Source of the DNA: Candidatus Aenigmatarchaeota archaeon
GTDB taxonomy: Archaea > Aenigmatarchaeota > Aenigmatarchaeia > CG10238-14 > SCSR01
Assembly (NCBI GenBank): GCA_039000425.1
Contig: JAWBPV010000001.1
Coordinates: 38 to 64,037, forward strand
Direction: 5' to 3'
Length of the DNA stretch: 64,000 bases
Below the pieces are notes generated by a model. It worked only from the letters and a program-made list of their open reading frames with translations, was not told where the DNA came from and did no database searches. The translations under genes and the position numbers were made by a program. This document shows, one piece after another, positions 19,996 through 29,466 of the stretch (position 1 is its first letter; each line of letters opens with the position of its first letter).

Positions 19996-20006
19996 GTATT
20001 TAAAAC
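19996..20006 (-). promoter_or_regulatory. Putative TATA box (TTTAAATAC on minus strand) upstream of thermosome gene
   Basis: A/T-rich TATA-like octamer ~30-40 nt upstream of thermosome ATG; inferred only. Confidence 0.25.
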
Positions 20007-20052
20007 TTTTGTTTTTTAATTTATTTAAAAACAGAAAATTTTTAAATATATT

Positions 20053-20148
20053 GGGCCCGTAGCTTAGCCTGGTGGAGCATCCGCCTTATATGGTAATGCT
20101 CCGTTAGAAGAAAGCGGAGGGTCGAGAGTTCAAATCTCTCCGGGCCCA
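20053..20148 (+). tRNA. tRNA with ~22-nt intron in the anticodon loop; reading the exon as CTTATA|intron|A gives anticodon UAU (tRNA-Ile) if the intron is at the canonical 37/38 position
   Basis: Acceptor GGGCCCG/CGGGCCC, D-arm GCTT..GAGC, anticodon stem TCCGC/GCGGA separated by 29 nt, T-arm GAGAG-TTCAAAT-CTCTC, discriminator A. Confidence 0.6.
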
Positions 20149-20249
20149 CTTTTGAATTAAGTTTAGAAAAAATACGAATCTTAAAATACTAAGAAATTAA
20201 AATGAAAGAAAGAAACTTATTGATGAGTAAAAAATAATTAATAGAAAAC

Positions 20250-21845
20250 ATGGGAAACAAAACAACTTTTTGGCCTGATAAAGTTGCGATAGAATTGATA
20301 AAAAATTTCAAAGTTAAAAAACAAGTGGTAACAACGGGAACAAGTATTTCGGGTGATCCACACATAGGAAATGTGAACGATGTGGTAAAAGGACATGCTA
20401 TTTTCCTAGCTTTGAAGAAGCTCAAAGTTGATTCAGAATTAATTTGGGTTTCTGATGATATGGATCCTTTAAGGTCGGTTCCGAAAGATATGCCAAAAGA
20501 ACTTGAAAATTTCTTGGGAATGCCTGTATGTTACGTGCCTGATTTTTGGGGTTGTCATAAAAATTTTGCACAACACTTTGAAGAAAAATTCATCCAACAA
20601 CTCGAGTCAATTTTCATCAAGCCAAAGATTATGAAAGGTGTTGAAATGTATGAAAAAGGGATGTACAACAAAGTGATCAAACTAGCCATGAAAAATAAAA
20701 AAGAGATTGTAAAGATTTTGAATAAATATAGAACTTCTCCTTTACCCGAAGATTGGTATCCTGTCGATGTAATCTGCGAAAAATGTGGGAAGATAACGAA
20801 CACAAAAATATTGAGTTATGATGAAAAAAAAGTTGAAGTTGAATACGAGTGTTCGGAAAAATCCATTTTTTTGAAGAAAAAATACGAAGTGAAAGGATGT
20901 GGATACAAAGGTAAAACTTCTATATTGAATGGTAAAGCCAAGTTAACTTGGCGTGTTGAATGGCCTGCTCGTTGGGCTTTTTTGAAAACTACTTGTGAAC
21001 CTTTTGGTAAAGAACATGCAGCGGCTGGGGGAAGCTGGGATACCGGAAAAGAAATAGTGAAGCTTTTTGGATGGAAACCACCCTACCCTGTGATATACGA
21101 ACACTTTTTGGTTAACGGACAAAAAATGTCTAAATCTTTGGGGAATGTGATAACGCTACCAGACATGCTAAAATACATGAAGCCGCAACATGTAAGATAC
21201 TGGATGATTGAAGGTAAGCTAACTATAGCTAAAGACATAAATTTAAAAAATATCGTTCCTTCCGTGTGGAATGAGTTTGATAAAGCCGAGAGAATTTATT
21301 TTGGTTTTGAAACTTCTGGTAGTAAGAAAAAAGATAATAATTTCAAAAGAGCTTACGAGCTAGCTGTCGTTAAACCTAAAAAACCAATTCTTTTGAATGT
21401 TCCATTTGAAGTTATCGTAGAAATAGTGAAGATACTGCCAAGAGAAAATCAAGTTGAATTTGTTATCAAGAAATTGAAAGAGTTCAAGAGGTTGAAAGAG
21501 GAAAACAAAAAAATAAGGGAAAAAATTCGGGAAAAGGTAGAGTTTGTTAAAAGATGGTACGAAGATTTTGGAAAAATTGAAAGAGAAGTTAGAGTTGAAA
21601 TAGGTGAGAGGGAAAAAGCTGCTATTTCCGAATTGATTAAAGTTTTGGAAGTAGAGGAGAAGGGTGAAGAAATTCAGAAGAAGATATTTGAAATCGCGAA
21701 GAATTTCGACATACCTGCTGCCGAATTCTTCAAACTTCTATACAAGATAATTTTAAATTCTGACAGAGGCCCGAGGCTTGGACCGTATATAATAGATAGT
21801 GGAAAAGGAGAAATATTGAAAAAATTAAAAAATGCTATAAGATAA
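20250..21845 (+). CDS. lysK: Lysyl-tRNA synthetase, class I
   Basis: HIGH-type motif (GDPHIGN) and KMSKS motif (QKMSKSLGN); archaeal class I LysRS architecture. Confidence 0.85.
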   Translation: MGNKTTFWPDKVAIELIKNFKVKKQVVTTGTSISGDPHIGNVNDVVKGHAIFLALKKLKVDSELIWVSDDMDPLRSVPKDMPKELENFLGMPVCYVPDFWGCHKNFAQHFEEKFIQQLESIFIKPKIMKGVEMYEKGMYNKVIKLAMKNKKEIVKILNKYRTSPLPEDWYPVDVICEKCGKITNTKILSYDEKKVEVEYECSEKSIFLKKKYEVKGCGYKGKTSILNGKAKLTWRVEWPARWAFLKTTCEPFGKEHAAAGGSWDTGKEIVKLFGWKPPYPVIYEHFLVNGQKMSKSLGNVITLPDMLKYMKPQHVRYWMIEGKLTIAKDINLKNIVPSVWNEFDKAERIYFGFETSGSKKKDNNFKRAYELAVVKPKKPILLNVPFEVIVEIVKILPRENQVEFVIKKLKEFKRLKEENKKIREKIREKVEFVKRWYEDFGKIEREVRVEIGEREKAAISELIKVLEVEEKGEEIQKKIFEIAKNFDIPAAEFFKLLYKIILNSDRGPRLGPYIIDSGKGEILKKLKNAIR

Positions 21846-21846
21846 A

Positions 21847-22554
21847 GTGGCCACTATAAAACTTTTCTGGGAAAATCCCTACCAAAGAGAATTCGATGCT
21901 AAAGTTTTGGTCATCGAGGGGAATAAAGTTATTCTAGATCAAACTTGCTTTTACGCCAAAAGTGGGGGACAAATAAATGATACTGGAGAGATAAATGGAA
22001 TAAAAGTTGTTGATGTTTTAAAAGATGATGAAGAGAATATAATTCATGTTCTTGAGAAAGAGCCTGAGTTTAAAGTTGGTGATGTAGTTCATTGTAAAAT
22101 AGACTGGGAGAGAAGGTACAATATCATGAGATTACATTCAGCTGCTCATGTTATTTCAGCTGCTCTGGTTAGAAATTTTGGAAATGTTCTTTTCACAGGA
22201 AGCCAAATTTATCCAGATAGAGCTAGAATGGACTTCAACTTGGAAAAACTTGATGATGAAGTTGTGAGAGAAATAGAGGAAAAAGCCAATGAGATTGTTT
22301 CTCTAAATTTGCCTATAACTTCAAGGATAATTTCTAAAGAAGAGCTCGAATCTAATCCAAAGCTCATGAGACTTGCTGATGTTTCCCATTATCAACAGTT
22401 TAAAATTTTGAGAGTTGTGGAAATAGGTGATATCGATGCACAACTTGATGGAGGAACTCATGTCGCTACTACAAAAGAAATTGGAAAGATTAAAATAATT
22501 AAAAGAGAAAACAAAGGTAAAAATAATCGTAGGATAACTATTATTGTAGAATGA
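21847..22554 (+). CDS. AlaX-M-like tRNA trans-editing domain protein
   Basis: HSAAHVISAAL (HxxxH) and GGTHV motifs of the AlaRS/ThrRS editing (SAD) domain; GTG start. Confidence 0.5.
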   Translation: MATIKLFWENPYQREFDAKVLVIEGNKVILDQTCFYAKSGGQINDTGEINGIKVVDVLKDDEENIIHVLEKEPEFKVGDVVHCKIDWERRYNIMRLHSAAHVISAALVRNFGNVLFTGSQIYPDRARMDFNLEKLDDEVVREIEEKANEIVSLNLPITSRIISKEELESNPKLMRLADVSHYQQFKILRVVEIGDIDAQLDGGTHVATTKEIGKIKIIKRENKGKNNRRITIIVE

Positions 22555-23603
22555 TTGAGTCTAAAATTTTTAAAAATGAGGAAGTTTTGTCGCCAGAATA
22601 TTTGCCAGAATTCTTGCCTCATCGTGAACAGCAAATTAAGCATTTAGCTGAAAATTTACTTCCCGTTGCTAAAAAAAGAATTCCACAAAACACTTTCATT
22701 TTTGGCCCACCTGGTACAGGAAAAACTGCAAGCGTGAAATTTGTTTTTAGAGAATTTGAAAATTATTCTGGGATAAAATCAATTTACATAAATTGTTGGG
22801 ATTACAAGACAATCGTTGCAATCTTGAGTAAAATTTCTTTAGACCTTGGTGGTTTTGTTCAAAGGAGGGGATTGGGTAAAGATGAGATTTTGGAAAGAGC
22901 AATAGAAATTTGTAACAAGCTTGATAAAGGTTTGGTTATTTGTTTAGATGAAGTCGATCAACTAATTTTTCATGATAAGTCTGCTCTATACGATTTGTTG
23001 AGGCTAAGTCAGTATGTGAAGTCCCATATTGGTTTAATTTTCGTTTCAAACAATCAATTTGTGTTTGCAAATGTTGAGCCTAGGATAAGAAGCAGCTTAA
23101 ACGTAGAAGAAATGGAATTCAAACCTTATTCTTTACTAGAAATGAAAGATATACTCGAAGAAAGGGCAAAGCTTGCTTTCACTTCTTTCGAAAGTGCCGT
23201 CATTTTGCTAGCTGCAAATCATGCTGTTCAAAATGGTGGAGATGTGAGAGTTGGATTAGAGTGCTTGCTCAAAGCTGGTAGACAAGCTGAAAAAGAAGGG
23301 GAAAGAAAAGTTAAAGTTTCGCACATTAAAGCAGTATTATCAAGCGTGAATCCAATTAAACCTGAAATCTTGAAGGAAAAATTGAATTTGGATGAAAAAA
23401 TAATACTACAGATTGTAGATGAAGAGAAAAGAATTTTCACAGATGAATTGTATTTCATCTACTCTAACAGAATAGAATATCCTGTAGGAGAAAGGAGGTT
23501 CAGAGATTTCCTAAAGCATCTAGTAGATATTGGTCTTATAAAGATTTTAACAAGAAAAAGAGGTATAAGAGGTAAGAAAAGGATTGTAATAAAAAACATG
23601 TAA
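22551..23603 (+). CDS. cdc6: Orc1/Cdc6 replication initiator
   Basis: AAA+ Walker A GPPGTGKT, Walker B CLDEVD, C-terminal winged helix. Confidence 0.85.
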   Translation: MIESKIFKNEEVLSPEYLPEFLPHREQQIKHLAENLLPVAKKRIPQNTFIFGPPGTGKTASVKFVFREFENYSGIKSIYINCWDYKTIVAILSKISLDLGGFVQRRGLGKDEILERAIEICNKLDKGLVICLDEVDQLIFHDKSALYDLLRLSQYVKSHIGLIFVSNNQFVFANVEPRIRSSLNVEEMEFKPYSLLEMKDILEERAKLAFTSFESAVILLAANHAVQNGGDVRVGLECLLKAGRQAEKEGERKVKVSHIKAVLSSVNPIKPEILKEKLNLDEKIILQIVDEEKRIFTDELYFIYSNRIEYPVGERRFRDFLKHLVDIGLIKILTRKRGIRGKKRIVIKNM

Positions 23604-23671
23604 TCCGAGGATAGGTAAACTTGGGAAAATTAGGAACGATATTTTATTTAAGTTGATTAAAAATTATTTTT

Positions 23672-25813
23672 ATGAGATTTAACCTAAAATTCTTTTTAAT
23701 AAGGAATTTAGAAAATTTGGTCAATTTTTTCGTGTTTTTTTCTATATTTCTATTTTTAATTAGCTATTTTAAGCCAGAATACTTATTTTTGAAAACAATA
23801 GTTGCTGGTGGGGACACAGCATCACACTACTATCCAGCTTATTTCCTTAAACATTATCTCCTACCAAAATTGAAAATAGTTGGGTGGTGCCCAGGTTGGT
23901 ATGCTGGATTCCCCATATTCCAATTTTATTTTCCTTTTCTGTTTATTGTGAGTGTTTTGGTGAGCTACTTGATTCCACTGGAAATTGCTTTTAAGTTGGT
24001 TACTGTTCTTGGTACATTTCTCTTGCCTTTAACAACATTTTTTTCTTTAAAACTCATGGGCTTCAAATTCCCAACACCAACAATTGCTGCTATTTTTACA
24101 TTAGCTTTTCTATTCAATGAAGGTAACTCAATGTGGGGAGGAAATATACCCAGTACATTGGCGGGTGAATTTTCATATAGCTTTAGTTTGTCATTAACGA
24201 TGTTGTTTTTTGGTTTACTTTATTCGAGCATAGATAAACAAAAAAACTTGATAAAAAACTCGATTGTTTTTGCTGTTATAACATTCACACATATTTACAC
24301 AACATTATTCAGTATTACATCTTCTGCTTTCTTTTTAATCAATAAAAAAATGAAAAAAATATTCGAAAATTTCTCTTATCTTTTCAAAGTCTACATCTTG
24401 GCCTTTCTTTTAATAGGTTTCTGGTTAGTTCCGTTTGCCCTTAACTTGGAGTATACTACACCTTATAATTTCAGATGGATTTATTTTGATGTAAGAAAAG
24501 AAATACTGCCAGATATTTTGTTGCCATTTGTTTTATTAGCATGTGTAGGAATAGTAAAAGGTATTAAAAATAAGGATAAAAGAATTCTCTTCTTTTTATT
24601 CTCAATTGTAGTTTCGTGTATATTTTATTTTTTGTCTCCAACCCTGGGCGTTGTTGATATAAGATTTCTGCCATTTATTCAAGTTTTTATAACTTTGATA
24701 GCAGGATATGCTGTTGGAGAAATGATAAGAAAAATTAGAATATCTTGGTTGATGTCAATTGTTGTTTTACTCATCACTATAGTTTGGGTAAACAAAAATG
24801 TGACATACATTCATTTTTGGATAAAATGGAATTATGAGGGATTTGAAAATAAACCTTTGTGGAATGTTTTCCGAGATATTAATGAGTATTTAAGAGGATC
24901 TTACAAAGATCCAAGAGTAATTTTTGAACATTCTAACTTACATGACTCAGCTGGTTCACCGAGAGCGTTTGAATCTTTACCTCTTTTCTCGGGAAGATCA
25001 ACATATGAAGGATTGTACATGCAATCAAGTATTTCTTCACCTTTTATATTTTATTTCCAAACAGAAATATCAGAAACTGCACCTTGTCCTTATCCTCAAT
25101 GGTCTCCCTGCACTAGCTATAATTCAACAAAAGCAGCTAAACATTTGGCCATGTTTAATGTTGAATATATTATAGTTAGAACGGATAGCGTAAAAAATGA
25201 TCTTAAAATGAATGAGTTATACGCACATGTGGCAACTTTTGAGCCTTATGAAATATACAAATTGAAGATAAATCCAAATAAATATGTGACAGTACCAAAG
25301 TATCAACCTGTAGTTTTTGAAAGTAAAAATTGGAAAGTCGTGGCTTATGAATGGTTTAAGAGAGAAGAACTACTTGATGTACCTTTAGTTTTTACAGATG
25401 ATAAATCAGAATTTTCTTTGTTTTCAAGTTCGCTTCCAGAAATACCAAAAGTTCCTTTGAATAATACATGCAACATACAAGAAGAGATAGACATTGAAGA
25501 GATAAAGTTTAGCACAGATTGTATTGGCAAACCTCACATAATCAGCATTTCTTATTATCCGAATTGGAAAGTTGAGGGGGCAAGAAAAATTTATTTAGTA
25601 TCCCCATCTTTCATGCTTGTTATTCCTAATCAAAAAGATGTGAGAATTTATTATGGTGAAAGTTTTGTGGATTTCTTGGGAAAAATTTCGAGCTATCTTG
25701 GAGTATTGTTGATAGCCTTTATTATTCTTTCTCGAAACCAAAAATTCAAAAGATTCATAAAACGGTACACAGCATCTTTGAAGAAATTGAACCTACTTTT
25801 TCTCACATCATAA
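23672..25813 (+). CDS. Large polytopic membrane protein with extracytoplasmic C-terminal domain (possible GT-C-fold glycosyltransferase, family unresolved)
   Basis: ~10 N-terminal TM helices, then a soluble domain with N-glyc sequons and a C-terminal TM anchor; no WWDYG AglB motif seen. Confidence 0.35.
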   Translation: MRFNLKFFLIRNLENLVNFFVFFSIFLFLISYFKPEYLFLKTIVAGGDTASHYYPAYFLKHYLLPKLKIVGWCPGWYAGFPIFQFYFPFLFIVSVLVSYLIPLEIAFKLVTVLGTFLLPLTTFFSLKLMGFKFPTPTIAAIFTLAFLFNEGNSMWGGNIPSTLAGEFSYSFSLSLTMLFFGLLYSSIDKQKNLIKNSIVFAVITFTHIYTTLFSITSSAFFLINKKMKKIFENFSYLFKVYILAFLLIGFWLVPFALNLEYTTPYNFRWIYFDVRKEILPDILLPFVLLACVGIVKGIKNKDKRILFFLFSIVVSCIFYFLSPTLGVVDIRFLPFIQVFITLIAGYAVGEMIRKIRISWLMSIVVLLITIVWVNKNVTYIHFWIKWNYEGFENKPLWNVFRDINEYLRGSYKDPRVIFEHSNLHDSAGSPRAFESLPLFSGRSTYEGLYMQSSISSPFIFYFQTEISETAPCPYPQWSPCTSYNSTKAAKHLAMFNVEYIIVRTDSVKNDLKMNELYAHVATFEPYEIYKLKINPNKYVTVPKYQPVVFESKNWKVVAYEWFKREELLDVPLVFTDDKSEFSLFSSSLPEIPKVPLNNTCNIQEEIDIEEIKFSTDCIGKPHIISISYYPNWKVEGARKIYLVSPSFMLVIPNQKDVRIYYGESFVDFLGKISSYLGVLLIAFIILSRNQKFKRFIKRYTASLKKLNLLFLTS

Positions 25814-26418
25814 ACTTTAACTGGAATTTCAACTATCTTCAAACCTTCTTGTTTGAAAAAAAATATTAATTTAATTACATAGAATGTAGATCTATCAATA
25901 ACCTCTAATTTATCCATTAGATACCTTTTTCTATAACCCTTTGCTCCAATTGAATAGTCTGAAAATTCTAAACCTAAGAGTATTTTTATTAGAAATATAC
26001 CAATAATACTCAACATTTTCCTTATAAGAGGTCTTTTTTGTGTATCTATTTTTGAACCTATAACCATACTATTATCGTCCAACAGTTTCAAACATTTCAA
26101 GATGAAATTCTCAAAGTCTAAAGTTAAATCCATGTCTAAAGAAATTAACTTATCAGAAGATGCTACAGTTACCATTTTTTTAAAAGCAAAACCCACACTC
26201 TTGCTTTCAGGTATAGTTAAGAATTTTACTTTGTTTGGAAATTGAAGTTCCAATTTTTTTCCCAAATTTTTCGTTTTGTCTGTCGAGCCATTATCACATA
26301 TAAGTATCTCGTACGGTTTATGTAGGGTGTCAAGAAATTTAATCAGTTTTTTTGTATTTTTAACTATAATTTTTTCCTCATTGTACACTGGAATCATTAT
26401 TGAAAATTTTTCTTTCAT
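25693..26418 (-). CDS. GT2-family glycosyltransferase (dolichyl-phosphate sugar synthase-like)
   Basis: MIPVYNEE N-terminus, DNGSTD and DMD (DxD) motifs. Confidence 0.7.
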   Translation of the reverse strand: MKEKFSIMIPVYNEEKIIVKNTKKLIKFLDTLHKPYEILICDNGSTDKTKNLGKKLELQFPNKVKFLTIPESKSVGFAFKKMVTVASSDKLISLDMDLTLDFENFILKCLKLLDDNSMVIGSKIDTQKRPLIRKMLSIIGIFLIKILLGLEFSDYSIGAKGYRKRYLMDKLEVIDRSTFYVIKLIFFFKQEGLKIVEIPVKVYDVRKSRFNFFKDAVYRFMNLLNFWFRERIIKAINNTPR

Positions 26419-26488
26419 AGAGCTTTCTATTTTAAAAAGAGTATTGGGAAAAAATAAAATTATTTTTTCATAAAACCAAACAAGAATA

Positions 26489-27964
26489 ATGGAAAATGAT
26501 GGAATTTATCTCATGTTTTTTTCGATACTCATCGTTATTTTTCTCATTTATTCTTCATTCGATATTGGTAGCCCGTTAAGTGATGCTCACCCAGGATTTA
26601 TCGCAGGACAATACAGTGAATACGCCATTAATTACATTAAATTTGGTTATCTCAAAACAAAGCTTGCTCAGCTCTGGAATACAGGTGGATTAGAAACAGG
26701 AAAAGAAGTATATGAAAATTACGTCCACAGGCCTATTGGTACTGCATTGCTGCTATCATTAAGCTTCCGTGTGTTTGGAGTTAGTGAATGGTCAGCAAGA
26801 ATAATTCAAATTATTGCAAACCTTGGATCTGTTTTATTTTTATATCTCATCGTTAAAAATATTTTCAATAGAAAGATTGCACTCATAACTTGTTTTTTTC
26901 TAGTTTTTTCTCCTATGTTTTTCTACATGAGAAACTTTATATCTCCAGATGCTTTAATTATTTTCTTTATTTTTGCAACTTTGTATTTTTATATTCTTTG
27001 GCTTAAACACAGTAAATCTCTACATCTTTATCTTTTATTCATTACATTTTCTCTTGGAGCCTTTATTGAATGGAGTATAAACTTCATCGTTCCTGTGATT
27101 TTAATTCATTATTTTATTCTCCACAGGCCTAAGCACAAAGAAAGGAGAAAGAATTGTTTAATGATATTAATTTTGTTGTCTTTCATAACTTTTTCAATAA
27201 ATGTTTTACATATTTGGCTTGTTAGCGGAATTAAAGGATTATCTGACTTATATTTCATATTTCTTTTCAGAGCAAACTTGAACGAAGCTTCTTGGGGATA
27301 CAACATAAGCTTGGTTGGACTTTTGAATCATCTATATAGGGATATTTCATATTTCTATACTCCTTTGTTATTTGTAGTATTACTCATATTCGTTGGTAAA
27401 ACAATTATCAAAAAAACATTCTACAATTGGGATGGTTTGTTTCTTCTAGTTCTTGCTTCATTTTTATCTTATCTTTTTGTTTTCAGTAATTTGTACTGGA
27501 TTCATGATTTTTTGATACTTTTCATCCTTCCCGGTATTTTCTTAGCCACAGCTTCTTTCTTTGAAACTTTAGAAAAATGTGTGAAAAGAAAAGTTTTCTA
27601 TTTAATTTTGTTTATTTTTATGTTTTCTTTTTTGTACTACTCATATCCAACGATCAAAAAGATATATGAAGGTAATTCGAATGTGTCAGAATTAATAATT
27701 TTTTTAGCTCAAAATCCTGGAGACATAATAATATCTTTTAATGAACACCCACAAAATTTTCAACTAAAATTTTATTTACAAGGAAGAAAAATTTATTATG
27801 CAAGAGATATCGAAACTTTCAAAAAAATAGTGGAAAAAGAAAACGTCAAATTTTTCATTGAAAAAAATGAAGAACCATTAGATCAAGAATTTGAAAATTA
27901 CTTGGTAAATAATTTTCAACATACAATATTGGGAAAATATGTGATATTCATTCTTACAAAATGA
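26489..27964 (+). CDS. GT-C glycosyltransferase, PMT_2/ArnT-like (GT39/GT83-type)
   Basis: YVHRPIGTALLLSLSFRVFGVSEWSARI matches the conserved first-loop region of ArnT/PMT family; 11-12 TM helices. Confidence 0.55.
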   Translation: MENDGIYLMFFSILIVIFLIYSSFDIGSPLSDAHPGFIAGQYSEYAINYIKFGYLKTKLAQLWNTGGLETGKEVYENYVHRPIGTALLLSLSFRVFGVSEWSARIIQIIANLGSVLFLYLIVKNIFNRKIALITCFFLVFSPMFFYMRNFISPDALIIFFIFATLYFYILWLKHSKSLHLYLLFITFSLGAFIEWSINFIVPVILIHYFILHRPKHKERRKNCLMILILLSFITFSINVLHIWLVSGIKGLSDLYFIFLFRANLNEASWGYNISLVGLLNHLYRDISYFYTPLLFVVLLIFVGKTIIKKTFYNWDGLFLLVLASFLSYLFVFSNLYWIHDFLILFILPGIFLATASFFETLEKCVKRKVFYLILFIFMFSFLYYSYPTIKKIYEGNSNVSELIIFLAQNPGDIIISFNEHPQNFQLKFYLQGRKIYYARDIETFKKIVEKENVKFFIEKNEEPLDQEFENYLVNNFQHTILGKYVIFILTK

Positions 27965-27993
27965 TAATTTAGTTTTTTTCAAACCAGCTCACT

Positions 27994-29466
27994 TCATTGC
28001 ATTTTCTTTAAAACGTAAATGTTTTCTTTCTCTAAAATTTTAGAATAAGTACCATTTTCTAACAGTTTATTAATAATTTCTTCTTTCTCAAATTCATTTG
28101 GTGTATCGTCGAGCAAAATGTAGTCAACATCTTTGAGTGGTGGTGGTGGTGTGAAATTTCCCAATTCTAAACCCCAATAAACTTCCTTGAATGGGTTTGG
28201 AAACATATAGATGATTTTTCTATGAGAAAGATGAGGGACAAACAAATAAGTTGCTGAAACAGTTGCGTTTTTTGGGATAATTGAAATTGCCATGTATCTT
28301 GCTTTTTCCTGTTCATTAAACTCACTAAACTTTTTCATAATTTCAATTATTGCACAGCTTTTTATCGAAGTAACCGCTGGCCCAATCAAAATATTTCCAA
28401 TTAATGAAAAAATTAATAAAATTGTTAGAAAAATTTTGAATAAAAATTTCTTCTTTCTCAAAAATATTTTGAGAAATGAGAAAAAATAAACGAGCGAGAT
28501 GAACATAAATGGTATTATAGCATAGGTGTAATGGTATCGAATTGAATGAGCATAAGGCCAAGTAGTCATCAAATTCAGCATAATTGCAGGTAATACAAGA
28601 AATGATGTTTTGGGGTATAAAATTGGGAAAAAGCCAATAGGAAATAGAAGTTCGAAAATATATTGGCGATTTTCTTTCGTGTTAAGAGTTAAAATTTCAA
28701 TAGGATTTAACAAAAAATTTTTAGTTCTTTCTACAAAATCTCCACCTCTTTTAATATTTGGATGTGGATAGTTTCCTAAATAATAGGGGAAAATAACATT
28801 AAAGATGATGAATAACCAAACCAACCCCGAAATAATTGTTATAATACCTATTTTTTTGTCACAAAAAAATAAAGCATACAAGCCGAGTGAAAGTATGGAT
28901 AATACCAACTCTTCTCTTGTCAATAAAAGAAGAAAAACGAAAATAAAATAATAGAAAAATTTTCTTTTTGTAAGAAAATAGAAAGCAAAAAATAAAAAAG
29001 GTACAGCTAAAACAACTGGATGAAAATTCTCTAAGTTAAGATAGTGCAAGGCAGGATACAAAAAATAAGCAAAAACAAAAAGTAAAGGTAAAAATTTACT
29101 TTTTAATTGTTCTTTACCAATTAAAAATAGGGGTAGAGCACCCAACGAAAGTACAAAACTCTGAGCAATTAATAACACTCTAGCATCATCCCACAACCAA
29201 TAAAGTGGGGCAAAAAATATTGTTGTGAATTGAATATGGTCTCCAAACAAATGTAGGCCTCTAACCGTTACAAAAGGTTCTTCACCATTGCTCAAGAGCC
29301 ATATACCTTGATCAAATATTCCTAAATCAAATGCAGAAAAAAAGAACCTGTTGTAATAATCTATTGAGATTATGCTTAAGATTGCTGTGTAAAAAAACAT
29401 CATAAATAAAAGAATGATGTAAGGCGTACAGTAGTAAAGTTTTTTCTTTATAAACTTTTTTCCCAT
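27994..29466 (-). CDS. Polytopic membrane protein (DUF2079-like, putative glycosyltransferase)
   Basis: FDLGIFDQGIW motif near N-terminus, multiple TM helices, soluble C-terminal domain. Confidence 0.35.
   Translation of the reverse strand: MGKKFIKKKLYYCTPYIILLFMMFFYTAILSIISIDYYNRFFFSAFDLGIFDQGIWLLSNGEEPFVTVRGLHLFGDHIQFTTIFFAPLYWLWDDARVLLIAQSFVLSLGALPLFLIGKEQLKSKFLPLLFVFAYFLYPALHYLNLENFHPVVLAVPFLFFAFYFLTKRKFFYYFIFVFLLLLTREELVLSILSLGLYALFFCDKKIGIITIISGLVWLFIIFNVIFPYYLGNYPHPNIKRGGDFVERTKNFLLNPIEILTLNTKENRQYIFELLFPIGFFPILYPKTSFLVLPAIMLNLMTTWPYAHSIRYHYTYAIIPFMFISLVYFFSFLKIFLRKKKFLFKIFLTILLIFSLIGNILIGPAVTSIKSCAIIEIMKKFSEFNEQEKARYMAISIIPKNATVSATYLFVPHLSHRKIIYMFPNPFKEVYWGLELGNFTPPPPLKDVDYILLDDTPNEFEKEEIINKLLENGTYSKILEKENIYVLKKMQ

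Noticed and set aside
22551-23671. Replication origin with ORB repeats next to cdc6
   Set aside because: cdc6 overlaps the upstream gene by 4 nt, and the downstream intergenic region is only ~70 nt with no repeated ORB-like elements. No origin is evident inside this window.
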